39,386 nt of DNA, taken from contig JAGLOZ010000071.1 of assembly GCA_023137595.1 (NCBI GenBank), positions 1 through 39,386 on the forward strand. Reading direction: 5' to 3'. The translations under genes and the position numbers were made by a program. This document shows, one piece after another, positions 1-7,308 of this stretch. A model generated the notes under the pieces. It saw nothing but the letters and a program-made list of their open reading frames with translations, did not search any database and was not told where the DNA came from. Position 1 is the stretch's first letter. The number at the start of each line of letters is the position of its first letter. Source of the DNA: Minisyncoccota bacterium. GTDB taxonomy: Bacteria; Patescibacteriota; Minisyncoccia; JAHIHE01; JAGLIN01.

Positions 1-646
1 TTGAACAGTTGATTTGCTTTTTCAACCTTATCTTTAATTTATTTAGAATATCTTCGCCAGCTTCGTTTTCTCTGATACTATCCAAAATATTAACAAATTC
101 AAGATCATCTTGCTGGCGGTGTTTCTTGTTAAGATAACATACCTTTACATCTGCCTGCTCCCATGCCAACGACTTGTAGGCAAACTCTACTCCTTCTCTT
201 CCTCCCGCGTTAACTGGCGGAAGCTGGAAAAAATCTCCGCACATTATGATCTGCAATCCGCCAAAGGACAAAAATGGCTCTTTCGCCGCCTTGCAAATTT
301 GATCCAATAGATCAAGACGAGCCGCGTCTAGCATCGAAATCTCGTCAATAATCAAAATTTCAGCCTCTTTAATTCTCTTGCGCAATTCTTCTTTTCTAAG
401 CAAACTCTTAATTTGCTTATCAGTTAATTTGCTTGCAATCCCCATTCCGGACCACGAATGGATAGTGATCCCGTCCAAATGTGTCGCGGCAATACCGGTT
501 GAAGCGGTTACGCTAACTTTAATATTTTCTTTTCTCAAATATTCAATAAATTCATTCAACAAAAAAGTCTTCCCGGTTCCAGCCGAACCGGTAAGAAATA
601 TATTCTGTCCAGATTTAAGAATTTTCAAAGCTTGAGATTGGTTCAT
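1..646 (-). CDS. Pif1/RecD-like SF1B helicase (N-terminal part; runs off the window)
   Basis: Not in the ORF track. Reading from ATG at 646 gives MNQSQALKILKSGQNIFLTGSAGTGKT...VTASTGIAATHLDGITIHSWSG...LIIDEISML...FGGLQIIMCGDFFQLPPV, the classic Pif1 motifs I, Ia, II and III. Confidence 0.92.
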   Translation of the reverse strand, partial: MNQSQALKILKSGQNIFLTGSAGTGKTFLLNEFIEYLRKENIKVSVTASTGIAATHLDGITIHSWSGMGIASKLTDKQIKSLLRKEELRKRIKEAEILIIDEISMLDAARLDLLDQICKAAKEPFLSFGGLQIIMCGDFFQLPPVNAGGREGVEFAYKSLAWEQADVKVCYLNKKHRQQDDLEFVNILDSIRENEAGEDILNKLKIRLKKQINCS

Positions 647-780
647 AATTGTAACGATTTATTTTCTAATCAATGTTCTTATTATATCAGTTGGACAAAT
701 TGTGTAAAATAAATAAAATCTGTCCATACTCTGTGTGGAGTCTTTTGTGGTTTGGAAAAACTTTTTGGAATCGCAGAATC

Positions 781-886
781 TTTTTATCGCTGGCTCCATA
801 GTCCCACTAGGGCTGTGGAGCCTATTTGCGCCATGTAGATTGGTTTCATAGTGGCGATAGTCCCGTGGAACCTAATCGCGATAAAA
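781..886. repeat. Branched palindromic element (GGCTCCA...TGGAGCC family)
   Basis: TTTTATCGC (782-790) pairs with GCGATAAAA (878-886) and encloses two hairpins, one being GGCTCCATAG/CTGTGGAGCC. Related hairpins occur at 723-740 and 35356-35379. Confidence 0.6.
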
Positions 887-910
887 TAAAAAAAATAAAA
901 TCCCAAAACA

Positions 911-939
911 AAAAGAACTGAATATGAGTCAGTTCTTTT
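911..939 (-). terminator. Intrinsic (bidirectional-type) terminator
   Basis: AAAAGAACTGA-7 nt-TCAGTTCTTTT just downstream of the 954..1673 stop. Confidence 0.7.
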
Positions 940-953
940 AATGAAATTATTTT

Positions 954-1673
954 TTATTGTGTCAAGCCCAAATCGTAATCATTTACTTTATATCTAATTT
1001 TAAGCATTTCTTCAACTGTTTTTCCATATCTGGGAGCTAAGATTTTTGCAGTTTCTTCATCTGTAACAATATCCTGTGTTTTCATCATTTCATACCATAA
1101 ATCTCTCATGGCGGTATTTATTTCAATTTCTAATTCAGTTGGTTCGTTTGTTCTTTTTTTGTCAATAAATTCTGTAAATTTATAGGTTGTTTTTTGATTT
1201 TGTTTTAGGTTAGCTTCTTCCCATTTTCCATTTGGAGCCCATTCAGCTTGGGCAAGTGTATATGCTCCACTGACTTGACTTCTGTTAAAATAATAAAAAA
1301 TTGATATAGCGTCCGCTTTTTGTTGTTGATAATCTTTTATTATTTTTTCACTTAGAATTTCTATTTGTTTTTTAGTTACTGGATTATTTTTAATTAGAAC
1401 TTTTACATTAAATCTTTTCACTATTCCGTAATTTGGATCGTTGAATGAAATATCTTCAGATTCTACCAATTCATAGTCAATAGTTTTTATGGTCTCCAGA
1501 CTTTCTTCATTATTTTCTCGTAGGTTCTTTTGAGATTCTATTTTGTTTGTGTTCTCAATATTTTTAATTTTTTGAGAATCATCATCACCTCCAAAAATTA
1601 TTACTATTCCTATAACTGCAATCAGAATAATAACCCATCGTTTTTTATACCATTTGTTGTTTTGATTAGACAT
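954..1673 (-). CDS. Membrane-anchored hypothetical protein
   Basis: 239-aa ORF with KWYKKRW followed by an N-terminal TM helix, co-oriented with its neighbours. Confidence 0.8.
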   Translation of the reverse strand: MSNQNNKWYKKRWVIILIAVIGIVIIFGGDDDSQKIKNIENTNKIESQKNLRENNEESLETIKTIDYELVESEDISFNDPNYGIVKRFNVKVLIKNNPVTKKQIEILSEKIIKDYQQQKADAISIFYYFNRSQVSGAYTLAQAEWAPNGKWEEANLKQNQKTTYKFTEFIDKKRTNEPTELEIEINTAMRDLWYEMMKTQDIVTDEETAKILAPRYGKTVEEMLKIRYKVNDYDLGLTQ

Positions 1674-1705
1674 AGTTTTTCCTTTCTACTTTAATTTTTT
1701 AGAAT

Positions 1706-3253
1706 TTAATACGACCATGACGATTCACACGGAACACCATTATTATCGCCATCAAGTTTATGAATATCATTATTGATTCCACCGCAAACATTAAAAATTC
1801 TTTGAGCATCTGCTTGATTTTCAAAATTAGAACAATTATAAAAATCATAAGAACAAATCACATAATTCCCAAAATCCACCTCATTAATCGTATAAACCAA
1901 ATCTAAATCATAGCCATCAGTTGACTCTAATAAAACTTTAGTTCCCACATCGCCATTTGGCACAAGCTGATAAATATCAGTTTGTCCATCAACTCTCACC
2001 AAATCAGAAACGACAAAAGAATCCATTTCACTCTGACTAACTGTCAAAATATCTTCCCATTTCAAATGACCATAACTTTCAAAAACTTGTGGGTTCAAAA
2101 CTAATCTTTTAAATTGCTTTCCGTTTCTATATTTCACAATATAAACATCCGGATTATTGGCAGTTTTTACTATTGCTCCTTCTAAAATTGAACTGCTGTA
2201 GTTACTCTCATTTGTTTCAGGCTTTGGTTGTGTTGTATTTTCTGTATCATTTTCATTGTCAGTTTCAATCTGGCATGATTGACTTAAAATAGGATTGCCG
2301 TTGATGCAATTCTCTGGGGAAGATGAAATAATTGTTCTTGTTTGCTGTCCGTCTATGCACTCGCTCCAGTTTGAATAAGTCCAAGAAGTGCAAATAGTAG
2401 AAGTTGGAGTATCAATAATTGATGAACCAATATTAGCTATTTCAAAACTTTTAATTGGATCATAATTAAGAATTTGTAATGATACATCATCGTTACCATC
2501 TTCTATATAGCTGTTAATTACACTTTCATTTACTGTTCCCCACCAATTACTTGAGATTTCAATATTTCCATTTCCATTTTCGGGAGCTTTTATTATAAAA
2601 TTGTTATCTGAAAAGTTGTTATTAAACACTACTGTATAACCAAAATAATATCCATGACTAAAAACACTATTGTTGTCCATAAAAATATTGTTTTCAAACC
2701 TATTATTATCTCCTAATGTTCTTATGCCATAAAAAACTTCATCATTGTTTGAGAATGTATTATTTAAGAATTGCATATTTTGATAACCATTTGTATCTGT
2801 TATTACCCAATCATTGTGTTTAAATAGATTTCCTGTAAAAGAAATTATTGAAACACCTTGTAAATCTATAGCTCTAGTTGCATTTTCAATTATAGAATTA
2901 TTAATTTGGCTATTATCACTATCAATAAACTCAATTCCCCACCATTTATTACTGCTATTTGAGGTAAATTTAATGGGTAAATTTTCAGATCCGTTTACAT
3001 TTAAAGTTCCTGCTACTCTTATCTTTTTTTCTGGATTTATTTTAATAATCACGCCTTGCTCAATTGCTAATGTAACACCTGACGGAATTTGAACTGTATC
3101 AGTTATAATATACGGACTATTAGATGATGTCCAAATAGTATCTGCATTGATAATCCCGCTAACATTTGTATCTGCATATGCTTGTTCAATTGATATAGAA
3201 CAACTAAACATTACAGAAATTAAAGTCAAAAAAAATGTAAATTGTTTTTTCAT
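1706..3253 (-). CDS. Secreted/surface mosaic protein: parallel beta-helix, TSP1-like Cys repeat and C-terminal Excalibur Ca-binding domain
   Basis: Signal peptide; Asn-rich beta-helix repeats; CTSWTYSNWSEC..GQQTR; C-terminal NCSNF...DIHKLDGDNNGVPCES. Confidence 0.8.
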   Translation of the reverse strand: MKKQFTFFLTLISVMFSCSISIEQAYADTNVSGIINADTIWTSSNSPYIITDTVQIPSGVTLAIEQGVIIKINPEKKIRVAGTLNVNGSENLPIKFTSNSSNKWWGIEFIDSDNSQINNSIIENATRAIDLQGVSIISFTGNLFKHNDWVITDTNGYQNMQFLNNTFSNNDEVFYGIRTLGDNNRFENNIFMDNNSVFSHGYYFGYTVVFNNNFSDNNFIIKAPENGNGNIEISSNWWGTVNESVINSYIEDGNDDVSLQILNYDPIKSFEIANIGSSIIDTPTSTICTSWTYSNWSECIDGQQTRTIISSSPENCINGNPILSQSCQIETDNENDTENTTQPKPETNESNYSSSILEGAIVKTANNPDVYIVKYRNGKQFKRLVLNPQVFESYGHLKWEDILTVSQSEMDSFVVSDLVRVDGQTDIYQLVPNGDVGTKVLLESTDGYDLDLVYTINEVDFGNYVICSYDFYNCSNFENQADAQRIFNVCGGINNDIHKLDGDNNGVPCESSWSY

Positions 3254-3280
3254 AAATTTATTTATATTATATTTTAAAAA

Positions 3281-4480
3281 TTAATTATTGTTTGATTCTA
3301 GCTGACTTATTATAAAGTTTAATCTTCTAAGTAAATCATCATAAGTCAAAATATCAATAACATTTTTATATTTTCTTCTGATAACTTCAAAATCGCTCTT
3401 TTGATCTGGGCTAAGTCCATTATCTCTTCCCATAATGATTAAACCAGATGGATTGATAATTTTTATGCTAAACCCTTCTGGTAACTTTCTCTTATATCTC
3501 TTTATTAAACAGTCCTCTCCTTTTTTGCCCCATCTGTTTAAATAATATATATATTTTTCAATTTGCATAATTGTTTTCGACAAAGCTAGCGCTGGAGTGT
3601 AATTATTTCTATATTTTGTTGGTCTAACTATACTATCATTAGAAGGTTTTTTTATCTCTATTATATCAATATTTCCTCCAGCATCTACCAGTAAATAATC
3701 TAATCTTTTGCGTTTTTTGCAACCAGCTTCTACAAGAGCTTCATCGAAGACATTTATATATTTCGGATATAAAAGTAAAATTATCTTGTGCATTTCTTTT
3801 TGCCATTCCTTTTCATTAAAGTTAGCTTCATCTTTTAACATTCTTTTCAATTCTTCATAAATAGCCTTGTATTTTACTAATTCGCTTTTTTTGAACATCT
3901 TGTATATATTTTTTCCTTTTATACTAATTTTTTTGTTCATATAATCTTTGTATTTTTCTTCACTGTCCACTGTTGTATTAAAATAATTTATCAAAACTGT
4001 ACTAAGCCGAGCATCAACATACTTTTCAAGTTCACCTTCTTTTGGAAAGTCATCTAGCATTTTGTTAAATTCTTCTTTTGGAATATGGCTATCTTTTTCT
4101 CCTCCAATATAAATATCTTCATTGAGTAGTTTATCAATTTTTCTAAAAATTGACACTCCTCTTGATGCAATAAAAAATTTCCAAGTAATCTTAATATCTT
4201 TGTGAATAAATACATCTTTGCTTATGTCTAACTTATTTCTATTAATTTTATAATAATTGTCTTCTACTAGTTTGCCAAAAATGAATTCAGCTTGTCCGTC
4301 GTAATCTTTCTCTAAATTTTTATCTAAACTTTGTTCAAATAAATCTTTTCTTTTGAATACAAAAGTTTTCTTTATCGGTATTGCTTTTTGTTTTCTTAGT
4401 TTTTTAAAAATCCACTCAGGATTACCGACAGGTTCGTAAATAAGTATCAACAGATTATTTTCTACTCTAAATTCAATCAT
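3281..4480 (-). CDS. Shedu (SduA)-type DUF4263 anti-phage nuclease
   Basis: C-terminal EKEWQ...RLDYLL...IDIIEIKKP...QIEKY...GLIIMGR...IDILTYDDLL is the PD-(D/E)xK DUF4263 pattern. Start is placed at MIEFRVEN (4480) because the upstream extension overlaps a structured RNA. Confidence 0.85.
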   Translation of the reverse strand: MIEFRVENNLLILIYEPVGNPEWIFKKLRKQKAIPIKKTFVFKRKDLFEQSLDKNLEKDYDGQAEFIFGKLVEDNYYKINRNKLDISKDVFIHKDIKITWKFFIASRGVSIFRKIDKLLNEDIYIGGEKDSHIPKEEFNKMLDDFPKEGELEKYVDARLSTVLINYFNTTVDSEEKYKDYMNKKISIKGKNIYKMFKKSELVKYKAIYEELKRMLKDEANFNEKEWQKEMHKIILLLYPKYINVFDEALVEAGCKKRKRLDYLLVDAGGNIDIIEIKKPSNDSIVRPTKYRNNYTPALALSKTIMQIEKYIYYLNRWGKKGEDCLIKRYKRKLPEGFSIKIINPSGLIIMGRDNGLSPDQKSDFEVIRRKYKNVIDILTYDDLLRRLNFIISQLESNNN

Positions 4481-4514
4481 ACTTTTTAAAATTATCTTTA
4501 AAATATTACTCTCA

Positions 4515-4683
4515 CAAAAAAAGCCTTCCGCCAGCTGATAGCGCCTTTCGGAGCTATCACTATACTCTTTCGAGTATAGACTCATCCTACAAAGTACTGG
4601 CTAGAAAGCCATTTCTATGTAGGATGAGATTTAAACCATACTCCATCCCAAACACTAGGGACAAAGGTTAGGTTACTAAATTG
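4515..4683 (-). ncRNA. Candidate structured leader RNA upstream of Shedu
   Basis: On the minus strand: stem CTCATCCTACA/TGTAGGATGAG, CTATACTC-GAAA-GAGTATAG, TGATAGC.CC-GAAA-GG.GCTATCA, then a T7 tract. Confidence 0.55.
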
Positions 4684-4752
4684 TTACTTAATATCACACC
4701 AAACAAAATAGTCAATCAAAAAATAAAAAATTAAATGATAAAATAGAGAAAA

Positions 4753-4802
4753 ATAGCTATAGCCTATTTACATGCGGTCGCACTAAAATAGGCTATAGTT
4801 AT
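4753..4802 (-). terminator. Long hairpin, probable terminator
   Basis: TAGCTATAGCCTATTT / AAATAGGCTATAGTTA stem with a T-rich tail on the minus strand. Confidence 0.5.
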
Positions 4803-4908
4803 AATTGTAAATTTGTTTACAAAATTAATTAAGCTTAATCTAACCTTATAACAGAATAGACTATTTTACCAACACTTTTTAAGTATTAAACCGTATAAAC
4901 CGCATAGA

Positions 4909-4958
4909 ATTGTTTAGATGAGTTTGACAAAATGCTCCAGCCAAAAGACTGGAGCCAA
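4909..4958. repeat. 50-bp direct repeat, copy 1 (contains a terminator-like hairpin)
   Basis: 44/50 identical to 6038-6087 by hand alignment. Confidence 0.85.
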
Positions 4959-4986
4959 TAAAAAACCAAATTTCAAAATTCAAAAA

Positions 4987-5154
4987 TCAACCGCGTTTAA
5001 CTGTTTTTATTTTGCCGAATTTCTTGTCATATCTCTTTACCAAATCCAGCTGATCCTTATTTGCCTTAGCGGCAACTCCGCTTATTATATCTTGCTGTTC
5101 TTTAACCGGCAATTTAGAAAAACTATTCAAATCTAATTTTTTATTATTTTTCAT
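4987..5154 (-). CDS. Small 55-aa protein, putative antitoxin partner of the zeta toxin
   Basis: Not in the ORF track. MKNNKKLDLNSFSKLPVKEQQDIISGVAAKANKDQLDLVKRYDKKFGKIKTVKRG; its start overlaps the zeta stop (ATGA coupling). Confidence 0.7.
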   Translation of the reverse strand: MKNNKKLDLNSFSKLPVKEQQDIISGVAAKANKDQLDLVKRYDKKFGKIKTVKRG

Positions 5155-5855
5155 TTTATATCTTTTAATATTTCATTTAACTTTCTTTCAGAATACTTTA
5201 TTTTTAGATAACTGTCAATGTGAACATCGAGGTAAGATTCTTTGATATTATTGCTATAATCCTTAATTATTAAATAAACTTTTATTTTATCTTTAAAAAT
5301 AGACTTAATTTTTTTGACATTATTTTTAGCGTTGAAAAATGATTCAATAAATACTTTTTTAGGCACCATTCTGCCTTCTAACTTTTCCCGTTTTTTTGTA
5401 AACTCCCAAGCAACTAACGGATCTTGATAAATATAATGTATTGCCACTTCCCTATTTTTATTAATTGATCTTTCAATATTGCGATAAACAATATTAAATT
5501 TTGCAAAAGTGCCGTCTAGCAATAAATTGTATTTATTTTTCAAAGTGTAACTGTAAAGCATATCAACAGCTATAGAAGCGGCACCTTGAACAACATCTGA
5601 ATTAGCGCCATTATATTGCGGTATTATTTCTCTAATTTCATCCGCGTCAATTCTTACTATGTTGCTGTCAAACCTTTCAATAAACCTTTTAGAATATTCC
5701 GTTTTCCCCGCTCCCGGCGAACCTGCCATAAATAATGAAATAGGGTTTTCGTTCGGTTTATAAATTTTGCTGCTAGCAAATTTTTCAAACAATAAATTTT
5801 TATTCTTTTTTATAAATTCTTTAGCATTCTCGCTGTCTTCTAATAATTTACTCAT
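5151..5855 (-). CDS. Zeta-toxin family P-loop kinase
   Basis: FMAGSPGAGKTE Walker A, RIDADEIR, LLDGT and REKLEGRMVP motifs. Confidence 0.88.
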   Translation of the reverse strand: MSKLLEDSENAKEFIKKNKNLLFEKFASSKIYKPNENPISLFMAGSPGAGKTEYSKRFIERFDSNIVRIDADEIREIIPQYNGANSDVVQGAASIAVDMLYSYTLKNKYNLLLDGTFAKFNIVYRNIERSINKNREVAIHYIYQDPLVAWEFTKKREKLEGRMVPKKVFIESFFNAKNNVKKIKSIFKDKIKVYLIIKDYSNNIKESYLDVHIDSYLKIKYSERKLNEILKDIK

Positions 5856-6037
5856 TGTTTTATATTTATAATAACGCTTTTATAAATCCTACCTCCACCT
5901 TATCACTCCACACCCGATAAATCAAGGTTAAACAGAGAAAATTAAGACATTCTGTTATTTGCAATCTCACAGAAATATATGATTCAGATCAGGAGACGCT
6001 GAACCAACATAAGATTTCTGTGATTGTCGTAGACAAG

Positions 6038-6087
6038 ATTGTTTAGAGGAGTTTGACAAAAGGCTCCAGTTAGGAGACTGGAGCCAA
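6038..6087. repeat. 50-bp direct repeat, copy 2
   Basis: ATTGTTTAGAGGAGTTTGACAAAAGGCTCCAGTTAGGAGACTGGAGCCAA, matching 4909-4958. Confidence 0.85.
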
Positions 6088-6205
6088 CGAAGATTAATGC
6101 AGCAATAAATAAGATAAAACTGTCTCGTATTTCTATTTTCCCAAAAGCTCTATTTTCAACTTCCTTATTTTTTTTAAATCACACCCAATCATAAATATAG
6201 GGGAA

Positions 6206-6259
6206 ATAGAAATATAGTGTATTTTGCAACGGCCGTTGCAAAATACACTATATTTCTAT
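6206..6259. repeat. Perfect 54-bp palindrome with no loop
   Basis: ATAGAAATATAGTGTATTTTGCAACGG|CCGTTGCAAAATACACTATATTTCTAT. Confidence 0.95.
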
Positions 6260-6386
6260 GCACGTTATGTATTAAGTTATGCTTTTGTATATTTTTTTAT
6301 ATAAAAAAATAAAGCAAAGAAGTTTTGATATTAAAGCAATTATTGATCAACTATTTTGTAATAAGCTGGCGGGGAATATCTTTGAT

Positions 6387-6842
6387 TTAAAGCAAAATAT
6401 CAAAAGTAACGAATGCGACAACTATGTAGCGGAACAGCTTGCCTAAAATAACATAAAAAGTGAATTTTTTAAAATCATATTTCAAAAGCCCCGCGACAAA
6501 AGTTAGGGGATCTCCGATGATCGGAAGCCATGAAAAAAATAACATGATGGGGCCGTATTTTTTGAGCTTTTTGGACGCTTTTTCGGTTTCTTTGTCATCA
6601 AACTTTATAATTTTGTGAAATACAGTATTACTTCCTTTCATGCCGATATAATAATTAGTTACAGCGCCAAGATAATTCCCGGCGGTTGCAACTAAGATAA
6701 TAATAAAAATATTTAATTTTTGGCTTACGAAATATGCCAAAAGTCCTTCGGAGCCGAGAGGAATCAAAGTTGACGCAAGAAAACTGTATGTGAAAAGACT
6801 CAGGTAGGCATTTTCTAGTAATATTTTTAAGATATCTAGCAT
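6387..6842 (-). CDS. YqaA/DedA-family (VTT domain) membrane protein
   Basis: SFLASTLIPLGSE, GNYLGAVTNY, SWLPIIGDPLTFVAG and GKLFRY motifs. Confidence 0.9.
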   Translation of the reverse strand: MLDILKILLENAYLSLFTYSFLASTLIPLGSEGLLAYFVSQKLNIFIIILVATAGNYLGAVTNYYIGMKGSNTVFHKIIKFDDKETEKASKKLKKYGPIMLFFSWLPIIGDPLTFVAGLLKYDFKKFTFYVILGKLFRYIVVAFVTFDILL

Positions 6843-6862
6843 TGTGAGTATGTTAATTTATT

Positions 6863-7168
6863 GGTCATACGCAATTTCACATTCTTTCAATTCTCTCGTT
6901 CTTAAGAAATATGTCATTCTGAACTTGGTTCAGAATCTTTCAACTATTACACCAAACAAGTCCATAAAATCATTGAATCTTTCGCTTAGGACGAAAACTC
7001 AATTGCTGTCTTTAGTATAAATAAAAAGATGATTGCATTTGCGTCGTAGACGAAAGGCAATATTAAAATAGGATAAATTGAACCTAAAATATAATAGATT
7101 CTGAAACAAGTTAGAATGACAAAAATAAGGAAGTTTTAGCGTTGAATAGTGTTAAGTTACATATGACC
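6863..7168. mobile_element. Nested MITE: outer GGTCATA...TATGACC element enclosing a family-A element (6912-7121)
   Basis: Outer IR GGTCATACGCAATTTCACA / TGTTAAGTTACATATGACC; inner IR TGTCATTCTGAACTTGGTTCAGAATCT / AGATTCTGAAACAAGTTAGAATGACA. Confidence 0.8.
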
Positions 7169-7308
7169 TTAATTTATACAATAACTTAATACGACAACTT
7201 AATACTATAACAATCTAACAGTTTATACAATAAAATTTCTTTCTTAAAAAATTTTGAAATAAGAACTGCAAGTGATATAATGAAATTATAATTCATTTTT
7301 TATTTTTT

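Noticed and set aside
4481-4585. N-terminal extension of the Shedu ORF
   Set aside because: It overlaps the GAAA-loop RNA structure and T tract; ATG 4480 is the more plausible start.
4909-6087. Integron attC or tRNA att identity for the direct repeats
   Set aside because: No RYYYAAC/GTTRRRY pair, no integrase in the window, and only a 7-nt resemblance (GGAGCCA) to a tRNA 3' end.
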